Positions 10,663 through 20,312 of a stretch of 64,000 nt of DNA are shown one piece after another. The DNA is from Candidatus Nanoarchaeia archaeon (GTDB lineage: Archaea > Nanobdellota > Nanobdellia > WJKC01). Position numbers and translations under genes: made by a program. Under the pieces are notes generated by a model, which saw only the letters and a program-made list of their open reading frames with translations, was not told the DNA's origin and made no database searches. How positions within the stretch are numbered: the stretch's first letter is position 1; every line of letters starts with the position of its first letter. The stretch is taken from NCBI GenBank assembly GCA_041653515.1, contig JBAZFG010000002.1, positions 125,632 through 189,631 of the forward strand, in the 5' to 3' direction.

Positions 10663-11789
10663 ATTAAAGTTTTGAATATATTTTCTAGTAGTGGCGTGAC
10701 TTTCTTGGTTGAGTATTGTTTGGCGTATTTTTTTATTCCTTGTTTATTTTCTTTTAGCATCTTGTTGATTTTATTTGCCCAGTCGATTGATTTGTAAGGT
10801 TCGGCCAGGTCGCCGTTTTCTTTGTTGATTAATTCATTCATTGGCCTGACATTGCTGGCTATTACTGGTTTGCCTAATGCCCATGACTCGAGTATTATTA
10901 TGCCAAATCCTTCGACTGTGCTTGGGTTGACTACGAATTTTGATTCATTTATTATCCTTAATTTATGCTCGTGACTAACTCGGCCAGTGAATAATACGCT
11001 GCTGCTAACCCCTAATCGTCTGGCTAGTGCCATCCATTGTTTTTTCATTGGTCCGTCACCAACTATTATGAATTTGGTTTTCGGGTTCTTGCCAAGCACT
11101 GATGGCATTGCTTTGATGATTGTGTCAACGTTCTTGTAAAAGACATGCCTACCAACATAACAAAATTGGTTCTTCTCTTCAGTTCTTGGCGTCTTGTAAT
11201 CAGTTAAGTCTATCATGCAGGGCACAACTCTTATTGGTCGCTTAACGCCTGCTTTTATCAAGTCCTCTTTACTGGCGTTGCTGATAGTGTGAATCATTGC
11301 TGGCCTGATTTTTAGTATTATTTTTTCCATTAATGGCCCGATTATACTGAGCCCTTTGCTGACTCCGCGCTGACCACTCCAATTATTCCAGAAACTGCCT
11401 TGAGAGTAAACATCAAAGATGCTGATAACATGGGGTATTTTTAAGCAATAGGATACTGCGTGACCACTTAATGCTGGCGCGTAAGTGTTGGAGTGAATGA
11501 TATCAGAATCCTTAGCTATCTTTAATCCTTTTTTGAATGATTTAATGATGAATGAAGCATTGTTCATTAAACTCATATTCAAGTGGCCTTTGTAATCAAT
11601 TGGTTTGCCGACCCGATGGATTTTAACCCCGTTTAATTCTTCATAGCATTTAGTGCCTTTAAGTCGCTGAGTAATAACATTAACTTCATGGCCTCGTTTG
11701 GCTAATTCTTTAGCGTACTGGAAGAACAAGTACTCGCCGCCGCCGTAGATTGCTGGCGGGTATAATTGACAGAACTGGGTTATTTTCAT
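10659..11789 (-). CDS. GT4-family (GT-B) glycosyltransferase
   Basis: C-terminal 'NPSTVEGFGIIILESWALGKPVIAS' E-x7-E-type motif; N-terminal 'LYPPAIYGGGEY'. Confidence 0.75.
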   Translation of the reverse strand: MKITQFCQLYPPAIYGGGEYLFFQYAKELAKRGHEVNVITQRLKGTKCYEELNGVKIHRVGKPIDYKGHLNMSLMNNASFIIKSFKKGLKIAKDSDIIHSNTYAPALSGHAVSYCLKIPHVISIFDVYSQGSFWNNWSGQRGVSKGLSIIGPLMEKIILKIRPAMIHTISNASKEDLIKAGVKRPIRVVPCMIDLTDYKTPRTEEKNQFCYVGRHVFYKNVDTIIKAMPSVLGKNPKTKFIIVGDGPMKKQWMALARRLGVSSSVLFTGRVSHEHKLRIINESKFVVNPSTVEGFGIIILESWALGKPVIASNVRPMNELINKENGDLAEPYKSIDWANKINKMLKENKQGIKKYAKQYSTKKVTPLLENIFKTLI

Positions 11790-11825
11790 AAGAGGAATGA
11801 AACTAAGATGGTTTAATAAAATTAA

Positions 11826-12827
11826 CTAAATATTAATTATTTCATAGCCTTTGTCATTGAATTCGAATTCAATTTCATTAGCACCTTCTTTTTTTAGCGC
11901 GTTGCTGATATTGTTTTTAGTGTCTTCTTTGCAGGCCCATATCATGCAGCCCCCTCCGCCTGCGCCGCAGAAACGAGCACCAATTGCACCGTTGTCACGC
12001 GCTATTTTGTCTAGTAATTGCATTCTTTTTGTTGTAACACTTGGATTAAGTTTAGTTTTGAACTCCCAGTCCTTGGTGATTAATTCAGCGAATTGGTTAA
12101 TATCTTCATTTATTAGTGCATCCCTTAGTTCAATAGCAATTGCTTTGGTGTCATCAAGGTTCTTGACAGCGAATTCATTATCTTGCTCATACTTGTCTGT
12201 GTGACCTTGAAGCACTTGGCTTACATGCGGCTTGCCTGTGTACGCTAGTATCATGTTGTCATTAAGGTATTTTTTGAATGATGAGCTAATATTTAGTTTA
12301 CTTACTTTAACATTAGCTCCACCAAGGAATTCTATTTGATTAAACCCACCAAAAACACTTGTGTACTGGTCTTGCCTGCCACCAATATTCTTTAAGTCTT
12401 CTCGTTCAATAAGGAAGCCCATTTCAGCTATTTCATGGTCACTTAATGTTATATTCATTAATCCTTTTAGTGCTCCTATCACGCTGGTGCTTAGTGAGGC
12501 GCTTGCGCCTAAGCCTGATTTTGGTGGTATGTCGCTTCTGACAAAAACGTCAATACCATGGTTTGGTTTTAATCGTTTGATTATTGCTTTAATTAAATCA
12601 AGCTCAGTATCATATGTTAAGTCTTCAATTGAGTTTCTTTCGACAATTGTGTTGTAATCGTTTGAGATGATTTTAATTATACTATCATTGCGCTTGCAAG
12701 CGACTGTTCTAACAAATTGGTTTATTGCTGTATTAATAACAAAACCACCATGTTCGGTTGAGTAAGGTTCAATGTCACTTCCACCCCCACCAAAATCAAT
12801 TCGTACTGGTGCTTTGCAAACAATCAT
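11826..12827 (-). CDS. GHMP-family sugar kinase (HddA/galactokinase-like)
   Basis: 'PPKSGLGASASLSTSVIGAL' GHMP ATP-binding motif; N-terminal 'APVRIDFGGGGSD'; C-terminal 'GAGGGGCM'. Confidence 0.7.
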   Translation of the reverse strand: MIVCKAPVRIDFGGGGSDIEPYSTEHGGFVINTAINQFVRTVACKRNDSIIKIISNDYNTIVERNSIEDLTYDTELDLIKAIIKRLKPNHGIDVFVRSDIPPKSGLGASASLSTSVIGALKGLMNITLSDHEIAEMGFLIEREDLKNIGGRQDQYTSVFGGFNQIEFLGGANVKVSKLNISSSFKKYLNDNMILAYTGKPHVSQVLQGHTDKYEQDNEFAVKNLDDTKAIAIELRDALINEDINQFAELITKDWEFKTKLNPSVTTKRMQLLDKIARDNGAIGARFCGAGGGGCMIWACKEDTKNNISNALKKEGANEIEFEFNDKGYEIINI

Positions 12828-12862
12828 TATTATAATATTTTAAATATAAACCTTAATAAAAC

Positions 12863-14770
12863 TTGTGTAGTTTAAGTTGTTTAATGAGGCGGGAGCATTT
12901 ATTATTATTGCTAATTTTGTTGCTTGGCGCTGGCTTGCGTTTGTATTCGTTGCGCAATGAATACTTCACTGGTAATGACGCGTTCATTCATTATAGTGTT
13001 ATCAGGCAGGCCTTGGTTGATGGCAACTTAGTTACTTATGAGCTTAGTTATGGTAATCCTGTTATTCTTGAGCCGTTGGGCTTTTATTTAGTGACACTTA
13101 TCCCATCATTTGTTCTTGGGCTTGACATAGCTTTCCTGTTAATGCCTGTGTTGTCTGGCGTGCTGTGCCTGCTGGTTGCTTATTACTTGTTAAGGGATTT
13201 GTTTGGCGAGCGAGCGGCTTTGATTGCAGTGCTGTTATTATCCTTGTCAATGGCTCATATTTACCGCACGAGCGCTAACACTTATCGGGGTGATGGTTTC
13301 TTCCTGACTGCTTTCTTGTTAACGCTTTATTATTTCAATAAGTCACTTAAGGCATCAGTTAAGTATTCAGTAGTTACTGGCTTGTTAATGACTCTTTGCG
13401 CTTCCTTGTGGAATGGTTATCCATTAGGCGTGATTGTTATTATCAGTGGTTTGATAATTAATTCAACTCTTAAGTTCTTGAAGAATGATTTTGCTAAAAA
13501 GGATTTGACTAATATTTTTGCTTTATTAGTGACTTATTATTTCACTGAGTTAATTCTTATTTTGACTGGCGTTACTAAGCGTTTGTTTTTCACGAGCAAT
13601 AACGCTGTTCACGCGGTCATTACTTTTGCGCCTTTGTTTATTGGGGTGATTTATTATTTCACTAAGCGCGTTAAGAAGTCAAGTGTTCTTGGCGTGCTGG
13701 CGGTTGTTGGGGTAGTCTTGTTGTTGTTGAATATTAATACAGTTTCATCGTTAGTGGCTCAGTCATTGTTTGAGAATACTTTGTTCTATGAAGTTGGTGT
13801 TAGTGAATTATTGCCGCCAACTTTTGATTTGTTGAGCGCGATGCTATCATGGTCTCTTTTCCTGATGTGGCCTGGCTTGTTGTTATTAGTGTTGCTAATC
13901 CTGAAGAAGCGTGACGCGCGCCATATTACTTTTCTTGTTTGGTCAGTTATAACAATTTACTTGATGCTTAATTACTCGCGTTATAATTTCATTGTATCAG
14001 TCAGCGCCGCTGCCTTGTCCGCACTGTTCATTAATTATCTTTATTTAAAGGCAGAGCAGTATCGTAAGAACGCTGGTCTTGTGCTGGTCTTAGTTCTTGT
14101 CCTGCTTTATGTGTTTGTTATTCCTTTAACAGGGTCTGTCACTAATTTGTTTAATAATCTTAACAGTGTTAGTCCGCGCGTGAATGCAGAGTGGGCTGAT
14201 GCCTTGACTTGGATGAGAGATAATCTTGAGCCTGACTTAACTGTTACTTGGTGGGACCATGGCTCTTGGGTTCAGTATTTTGCTGGTTTTCCCACAATTG
14301 CTGATAGTGTTACTGGTCAGGATATTGGCCGGATTACTCGAGTGGCTCAATTCTTGATGACTGCTAAGAATGATACTTTTAGTGACCTTGGCGCTAAGTA
14401 CTTAGTCTTGGGGGCTGATGACGTTCTTTATTCTAATGCAATTGTTAGTATTGCTGATGTTAGGGGTTTTGAGATGTATGGGCTTGACAGTGGTTATTTC
14501 CAATCAAATGATGATGAGTTGTATTTTATTAGCGGCGACCTTGTGCTCGCGCCTCGTTTCGTGTTCTTTGCTAATCAGTCAATTCCGTTGATAGAGTCTA
14601 ATGGCACTGGTTGTTTGATGATTAATTATCTTGAGCCAAGGCCTTATTTATTATTCCTTAATGATTATGCTTGCAATACTAATTATGCTCAATTAATGTT
14701 TGGTCTGGGCTTGCCTGGTTTTGAATTATTGTATCAGAATGATTATGTAGTTGTTTATAGGATTGAATGA
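12863..14770 (+). CDS. short AglB/STT3-superfamily oligosaccharyltransferase-like membrane protein
   Basis: Multi-TM N-terminus with 'GNDAFIHY' first-loop acidic motif and 'WWDHGSWVQY' variant of the STT3 WWDYG motif; start is probably the internal 'MRREH'. Confidence 0.5.
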   Translation: MCSLSCLMRREHLLLLLILLLGAGLRLYSLRNEYFTGNDAFIHYSVIRQALVDGNLVTYELSYGNPVILEPLGFYLVTLIPSFVLGLDIAFLLMPVLSGVLCLLVAYYLLRDLFGERAALIAVLLLSLSMAHIYRTSANTYRGDGFFLTAFLLTLYYFNKSLKASVKYSVVTGLLMTLCASLWNGYPLGVIVIISGLIINSTLKFLKNDFAKKDLTNIFALLVTYYFTELILILTGVTKRLFFTSNNAVHAVITFAPLFIGVIYYFTKRVKKSSVLGVLAVVGVVLLLLNINTVSSLVAQSLFENTLFYEVGVSELLPPTFDLLSAMLSWSLFLMWPGLLLLVLLILKKRDARHITFLVWSVITIYLMLNYSRYNFIVSVSAAALSALFINYLYLKAEQYRKNAGLVLVLVLVLLYVFVIPLTGSVTNLFNNLNSVSPRVNAEWADALTWMRDNLEPDLTVTWWDHGSWVQYFAGFPTIADSVTGQDIGRITRVAQFLMTAKNDTFSDLGAKYLVLGADDVLYSNAIVSIADVRGFEMYGLDSGYFQSNDDELYFISGDLVLAPRFVFFANQSIPLIESNGTGCLMINYLEPRPYLLFLNDYACNTNYAQLMFGLGLPGFELLYQNDYVVVYRIE

Positions 14771-16055
14771 GCTGGACGTATTCTTCTAATGCTTTGTCTG
14801 CTATTAGTCTTTCTTCTGCTTCAATGAATACTTTAACTGTGTGCCTAGTCTGGCTTGGTCTTAATAATACGCTTACTTCATCTGGCCTTGTGAATTTGAT
14901 GCCGTCCATTGTTAGTGCTTGAGTGTTTTCTTGCATTAACCGGTTGATTATTTTGGCCGCGACTTCTTCTTTCTCTTGATGAGTGCTAAACTCAACTTCT
15001 TCTTTGATGACAACTACTTTTGGTAGTTCATCTATTAACTCGCTTAGTTTTTTGCCTGTTTCTTTTATTATTCGCGCCATCATGAGAACGCTTAACGCGC
15101 CATCGCTGAAGGGGTAGTATTCATTCCAGTAGAAATGACTGCTTTCCTCGCCGCCGAATAACCCTTTTTGTTTGACTAATTCTTTTTCAATGAAAGTGTG
15201 ACCAACCTTGCACCAAACCATTGTTCCGCCCATTGGCTTGACTATTTTTGTTTCAATAACGCTTGAAACGCTTGGCGGAGCCACTATTACTCCTTTCTTT
15301 TTTTTGAGTATTTCTTTTGTGAATAACATTGTCATCATGTTACCGTCTATTACTCGGCCTTTATCATCAACGAACACGCTGCGGTCTCCATCCCCATCAA
15401 GTCCTGCGCCAAAGCTGGCGTTTTCACTCAATACTCTTTCCTGTAATTCATGTAAGTTCTTTTCTGATGGCTCTGGACTTTTCCCACCAAAGTCTGATTT
15501 TGGCTCATTGTTTAGGACTGTTGCGTCTAATAATTTATTGAACACACTATTAGTTAATGCGCCAGTACTGCCATTAAGGCAGTCAATAACGCATTTAACT
15601 TCTATTCGGCCAAACTCTTTTTCGAGGAATCGGGCGTAATCATTAGTGGCAGTAATATCTTGTTTTACTGAAGCGCTCTCTACTTTGTTGAAGTTATAAT
15701 TATTGAATAATTCCCTGACTTCTTTTAGTTCTTCTGGCGCAATGCCTGAGCCATCCCTCATTATTATTTTAAAGCCGTTATACTCTTTTGGTAAGTGTGA
15801 GGCTGTGATGAACACGCCAAAATCATAAGTATTTAGTATTTTATAATAGCACACTGGTCCAGGCATAAAACCGCCTTTTGTTACGTTAATGCCTGATGAG
15901 CGTAATCCTTCAATTAAGTGCTCGCCTAGTGCTGGGCTTGATTCCCTGCAATCCCACCCAATAAAACAAGTGCCTTTTAGTTTGGTGCCGAGCGCTCGGC
16001 CAAGAATGAACGACTGGTGCGTCGTGATGCCCCTCCCCCTGACGTCGTACGCCAT
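14679..16055 (-). CDS. phosphoglucomutase/phosphomannomutase (phosphohexomutase)
   Basis: 'TASHLP' active-site serine loop; 'GLDGDGDRSVFVD' metal-binding loop; ATG at 16055 preceded by GGAGGAG Shine-Dalgarno-like sequence; 92-nt convergent overlap with 12863..14770. Confidence 0.75.
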   Translation of the reverse strand: MAYDVRGRGITTHQSFILGRALGTKLKGTCFIGWDCRESSPALGEHLIEGLRSSGINVTKGGFMPGPVCYYKILNTYDFGVFITASHLPKEYNGFKIIMRDGSGIAPEELKEVRELFNNYNFNKVESASVKQDITATNDYARFLEKEFGRIEVKCVIDCLNGSTGALTNSVFNKLLDATVLNNEPKSDFGGKSPEPSEKNLHELQERVLSENASFGAGLDGDGDRSVFVDDKGRVIDGNMMTMLFTKEILKKKKGVIVAPPSVSSVIETKIVKPMGGTMVWCKVGHTFIEKELVKQKGLFGGEESSHFYWNEYYPFSDGALSVLMMARIIKETGKKLSELIDELPKVVVIKEEVEFSTHQEKEEVAAKIINRLMQENTQALTMDGIKFTRPDEVSVLLRPSQTRHTVKVFIEAEERLIADKALEEYVQLIQSYKQLHNHSDTIIQNQASPDQTLIEHN

Positions 16056-16078
16056 AAAAATCTCCTCCTTCAATTAGT

Positions 16079-17236
16079 TCACACCCAGTACTTACTGTTT
16101 TCCAGTTCCTCCTTGTCTTCATTGTATACAATGTTGCCGTCAATAATGCCGCTTGCTTTTAGGAATGGCCAGACTGTTGAGCCTTTAATTAAGTTTGAGT
16201 TCTCTTCTATAACGCTTTTATAACCAATCACGCAGAAGTCATTGATCTTCACGTTGTTTTTAATTACTGTTGTGCCGTCAATGATGCTGTTGTTAATTAT
16301 TGATTTCTGGCCTATGTGAGCGTTATCAAATATCACGCTTCCTTTGATGATTGAGCCCTCGCCTACTGTGACATCATGCATTAAGTGAGTGTTTGGGCCA
16401 ATAACGCAGTTCTTGCCAATAATGCACCCTTCTTCTATGATGACTTTGCCTTTGATTTCAGTGCCTTCTTTTATTACTGTGTTCTCGTGAATTATTGAGT
16501 TTTTTAGTTCGCTCATAACTTTATTGTTTAATTCAATGTAACCTCTTGGTGTTCCAATATCTGCCCAGTCACCTTTAAATTTGAAGCCGTGTAATGTGTC
16601 TTTTTCACAGAAGTACTGCCACATACTGCCAATAGTGTCAATGTTTTGGTTTTCATTAATGTATTCTGGTAATTTTTTATCAACCCATCCTTTGCTAAGA
16701 CCATATATTAGTGTGCTACCCAGTTGTGAGCGCGCTTCATCTGCTCTTGGTTTCTCTTGGAATGATGTTATAATATTGTTTTTTAGTTCTGCGACGCCAA
16801 ATAATTCAACCATGTATTTGTGGGGTAATTCGTATAATGCTATTGTTGCGCTGCTTGGTTTTATTGATTTACTAAACTCTTTTAAGTCAAGTCCATTAAT
16901 GTAATTATCCGCGCCTAGTATTATGAAATCATCACTGCCAACTTTTCCTACAGCATAATTAAGTCCTCCAACACTGCCTAGTTTGCCTTCTTCTTGGTTC
17001 TCAATTATTATGTTAACTTTCTTGTTAATTAGGAAGTCATTAATTTTTAGTTGTTTGTTATTAATGCTGACATAAATTTCATTAATTCCTGCTTCGTTTA
17101 GTTTGTTGATTAAGTGAATGATATTTGGCACGCCTGCTATTGGTAGTAAGCATTTAGGTGTTCTTAGTGTTAGTGGGTGTAATCTTGTTCCGCCGCCGCC
17201 TGCTAGTATTAGTGCTTTCACTGAACGCCACCCCAT
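16079..17236 (-). CDS. bifunctional sugar-1-P nucleotidyltransferase / left-handed beta-helix acyltransferase (archaeal GlmU-like)
   Basis: N-terminal 'LILAGGGGTRLHPLT'; C-terminal hexapeptide repeats 'IKGKVIIEEGCIIGKNCVIGPNTHLMHDVTVGEGSIIKGSVI'. Confidence 0.65.
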   Translation of the reverse strand: MGWRSVKALILAGGGGTRLHPLTLRTPKCLLPIAGVPNIIHLINKLNEAGINEIYVSINNKQLKINDFLINKKVNIIIENQEEGKLGSVGGLNYAVGKVGSDDFIILGADNYINGLDLKEFSKSIKPSSATIALYELPHKYMVELFGVAELKNNIITSFQEKPRADEARSQLGSTLIYGLSKGWVDKKLPEYINENQNIDTIGSMWQYFCEKDTLHGFKFKGDWADIGTPRGYIELNNKVMSELKNSIIHENTVIKEGTEIKGKVIIEEGCIIGKNCVIGPNTHLMHDVTVGEGSIIKGSVIFDNAHIGQKSIINNSIIDGTTVIKNNVKINDFCVIGYKSVIEENSNLIKGSTVWPFLKASGIIDGNIVYNEDKEELENSKYWV

Positions 17237-18051
17237 TCCCTGATAGCCCTCTCGTAACGCTCTGTGTTATCGGTTGGGAGCCATTGGCCTTCGAATGGGT
17301 AACCGTTTAGTTTGCCTTTTTCCTGTATTTTTGGGAAGATGTCATATTCCATTGAGGTAGGGCCTGTTTCATTAATCATGCTGATTATTGATGGGTCAAG
17401 CACGTACACGCCTGCGTTGATTAGTTTACTTACTGGTTCAGTTGGTTTCTCAATGAAATTAGTTATTACTGGGCCTTTTAGTAATGCGACGCCAAAGCTT
17501 GATGGGTCATCAACAGTTGTTAGTGCGATTGTTGCTTGACCTCCATTCTTTCGGTGGAAGTCAAATAAGCTTTCAATATCAATGTTAACTAAGTTGTCGC
17601 CGTTAAGCATTATGAATGGTTCGTTTAGCCATTCTTTGGCTAACCTGAGACAACCTGCTGTTCCTAATGGTTCATCTTCCATTATATATCTTAGTTTGAC
17701 TCCGAACTTGCTGCCGTCTCCAAAGTAATCTTTTACTTTTTCGCCAAGGTACCCGACAGATAGTGTTATGTCGCGAACTTCGTGCTTCCGGAGGAGGCTT
17801 ATTGTGTGTTCGATTAATGGTCTTCCTTGAACAGGTACCATTGGCTTGGGTATTTCGTAAGTTATTGGTCTGAGGCGTGTTCCTTTGCCGCCTGCTAGTA
17901 TTAGTGCTTTTTTAGGGCTTTTTCTGTCAAGGGCTTTTCTTAGTAAAAATTCAATAGCGTGACTGCGGTTCCTAATGCGGACGCCGTCAACAAAAGCATC
18001 AATATCATTTGTAAGTGATTGGTCGACTGTTATAGTGATTCTATCACGCAT
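17218..18051 (-). CDS. sugar-1-phosphate nucleotidyltransferase with N-terminal ribbon-helix-helix (CopG/MetJ-like) domain
   Basis: Residues 1-45 'RITITVDQSLTNDIDAFVDG...NRSHAIEFLLRKAL' fit a beta-strand/helix/helix RHH pattern; then 'ALILAGGKGTRLRPITYEIPKPMV' nucleotidyltransferase core; 19-nt overlap with the downstream gene. Confidence 0.6.
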   Translation of the reverse strand: MRDRITITVDQSLTNDIDAFVDGVRIRNRSHAIEFLLRKALDRKSPKKALILAGGKGTRLRPITYEIPKPMVPVQGRPLIEHTISLLRKHEVRDITLSVGYLGEKVKDYFGDGSKFGVKLRYIMEDEPLGTAGCLRLAKEWLNEPFIMLNGDNLVNIDIESLFDFHRKNGGQATIALTTVDDPSSFGVALLKGPVITNFIEKPTEPVSKLINAGVYVLDPSIISMINETGPTSMEYDIFPKIQEKGKLNGYPFEGQWLPTDNTERYERAIREWGGVQ

Positions 18052-18074
18052 AAAGAGTATGAAAAAGTATTACT

Positions 18075-19508
18075 TTATATACATTTTGTCTTTTTGGCAT
18101 ACAATAAGCTAATTATTTTTTTAATTAACTTAGTGATAAAACCCCTATCCTGCTTGTCAAGCACTTTATAGTAAACCATGAGCGCGTAAAAGACTGCTGC
18201 TAGGCTAAATAAAAGTATTTTCATTATTGGTCCAGTATAAACATTAACCACTATTATTAGTGGCAATGCGCTGATTAATGACTTAACATAACTAACCCAA
18301 TTATGTTTGACATACTTACGCTGTGTTACACTCATTATTATCAGTGCGCTAACCATTAAACCAGTAAATATTATTGATGCGTTAAAAGCATTAATTAAAT
18401 AACTGCTTAGTGCTATGGTGATAATTACTTTTATTATTGAAATCCATAAAACTATTCTCGGCTTGCCTGTGCCATAAGTAATTGATTCATATATCTGATA
18501 AAAAGCCATTGCTGATAAGCCAATAGCCATTACTCTAAAAACACTTATCATCCCCAAGTACTCGCTGCCTAATAATAATGTTATGATAAAATTAGATGCT
18601 GAGAAAAAAATAGTTGCTATTGGCAAAGCGTAAATGAAAACATACTTCATGAACCGGCCGGTTAATTCTTTTATTTCCTCTTTTTTCTTATTAATAATGC
18701 TTGGCAGTAACGCGCTACTGATTGCGCCTGAGATTAATAAAATAAACAATCCTGCTTTGTTTGATAAGTCAAAGAAACTAAGCTCACTTGAATTAAAACC
18801 CAAGTATAAGTTCATCAAATAATTTGATAATGTCATAAAAATTGATGTGAAAAACATTGTTGTTGAGTACTTTAATAATTCTTTTCTCTCAGTAAACTCA
18901 CTGCCTTTGCTTAACTTATTGTAAATGACTGCATAAGCAAATAATACTGTTATTAAGTAACTAATGCCATAACCAATCACTGCGCCAGTGATTCCAAGAC
19001 CAATTATTATTAAGAGTAATGACGCAAACTTTGTGGCACTAAACAATAAGTCAACGTTCATGTAATGCTTCAAATTATTAAACCCTTGAAATATGTAGTA
19101 AGAAATATTCATTAATATGAAGAATGGGATAAACAACGCTGTTAATCTTAAATAACTGCCTAGTTCAGTATTGTTGTAAAAAACACCAATATAATCTGCT
19201 GCTACAAACACTGCTATAGCTGTTATTACACCAATTATTAACCTAACACTTATAATTTTCTTAACTAAACTAGCCATTTGCTCCTTATACTTCTGCATGA
19301 AATAAGGGAGCCCATGCTCTAAACCAAGAGTTGTTAGTTGGTGTGATAATGTTAGTATTGTAATTACTAAAGCGAAAGTTCCGTAATCAGTTGGGCCAAG
19401 TAATCTGGCAAGAAAGAATATTAATACCATTGATAGCACTGTGCTAACTGACTTACCTATTAAGTGCCAAGTAGCGTTCTTACCTACTTTCTTGATTACT
19501 TCTTCCAT
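18075..19508 (-). CDS. Wzx/AglR-like oligosaccharide flippase (polysaccharide biosynthesis protein)
   Basis: 477 aa, ~12-14 hydrophobic helices, sits inside the glycosylation gene context. Confidence 0.55.
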   Translation of the reverse strand: MEEVIKKVGKNATWHLIGKSVSTVLSMVLIFFLARLLGPTDYGTFALVITILTLSHQLTTLGLEHGLPYFMQKYKEQMASLVKKIISVRLIIGVITAIAVFVAADYIGVFYNNTELGSYLRLTALFIPFFILMNISYYIFQGFNNLKHYMNVDLLFSATKFASLLLIIIGLGITGAVIGYGISYLITVLFAYAVIYNKLSKGSEFTERKELLKYSTTMFFTSIFMTLSNYLMNLYLGFNSSELSFFDLSNKAGLFILLISGAISSALLPSIINKKKEEIKELTGRFMKYVFIYALPIATIFFSASNFIITLLLGSEYLGMISVFRVMAIGLSAMAFYQIYESITYGTGKPRIVLWISIIKVIITIALSSYLINAFNASIIFTGLMVSALIIMSVTQRKYVKHNWVSYVKSLISALPLIIVVNVYTGPIMKILLFSLAAVFYALMVYYKVLDKQDRGFITKLIKKIISLLYAKKTKCI

Positions 19509-19511
19509 TAT

Positions 19512-20279
19512 CTACTTAGGATTATTGTGTGACTTATAAATTCTTATGAAATCAATCAAGTACCTGATAGTGCTAAACCATAATTTGGCGTTGCCTTTCC
19601 AGTAGCGTGGGTGGTAATCAAATATTAATATGTATTTGATTAATTGTTTTAAGTAAACCATTATCTCTTTGTTAAACGCTTTATCCTTCTTGACACGCTC
19701 AATGTGCATCATCATGTACTTACCACCTTTATCATACTTGCCTTGCTTTGGGTAATGGAGTGTGTCGCCTTTTAGTTCCTTAATTGTTGCTTGTTTTATG
19801 ATAACTGCCCGCTCGTGGAACTTATTCACAAATTTTATCAAACCTTGTTTTGATAATTTTGGCTCACCCCGAATGAATCGTGTAGTCAGGCAGGCCTGAC
19901 TGTTATCAAATTTGAAGTAGTTCCTTCGCTTGATTAAGTAAACGTCAGCTAATTCCTCTTCTTTTATTCCTTTAATGTTCTTTATTAGTTCTTTTGACAA
20001 AAACTCATCAGTATCAAGATAAAGCACATACCAGCCTTTTTTAACTGATTTTAAACCCTTATTTCTTATTTCTGAGAAGTCCTGAGCCTTACAATTAATT
20101 ACCCTGACTTTCTTTGATGCATTCTTAGCTATTTGTATTGTGTCATCACTTGAATTATCTATCAATACTATCTCATCAGCGATTGATTCAACGTTCCTAA
20201 CCCAGTCTTTAATGTTTTCCCCTTCATTCATTGTTGGCGCCTGGACACTTATCTTCATGTTACTTTCTAATAATAGCAA
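19512..20279 (-). CDS. GT2-family glycosyltransferase
   Basis: 'VLIDNSSDDT' and 'YLDTDEF' DxD motif. Confidence 0.6.
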   Translation of the reverse strand: MLLLESNMKISVQAPTMNEGENIKDWVRNVESIADEIVLIDNSSDDTIQIAKNASKKVRVINCKAQDFSEIRNKGLKSVKKGWYVLYLDTDEFLSKELIKNIKGIKEEELADVYLIKRRNYFKFDNSQACLTTRFIRGEPKLSKQGLIKFVNKFHERAVIIKQATIKELKGDTLHYPKQGKYDKGGKYMMMHIERVKKDKAFNKEIMVYLKQLIKYILIFDYHPRYWKGNAKLWFSTIRYLIDFIRIYKSHNNPK

Positions 20280-20312
20280 CTTTTAAAAAATGATGTCCTC
20301 TATCGTGATTTA

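Noticed and set aside
14679-14770. 92-nt convergent overlap between the short AglB-like gene and the phosphohexomutase as a possible misassembly or frameshift
   Set aside because: Both reading frames stay open with sensible C-termini. Convergent 3' overlaps occur in compact genomes, and a sequencing error cannot be assessed without reads.
15900-16080. GC-rich patch with 'gtcagggggaggggcatc' resembling the hairpin element, plus a 14-bp palindrome GCCGAGCGCTCGGC
   Set aside because: Both lie inside the conserved N-terminal coding region of the phosphohexomutase (MAYDVRGRGITT..., ...GRALG...). The similarity to the element is short and lacks the downstream conserved box, so it is probably coincidental.
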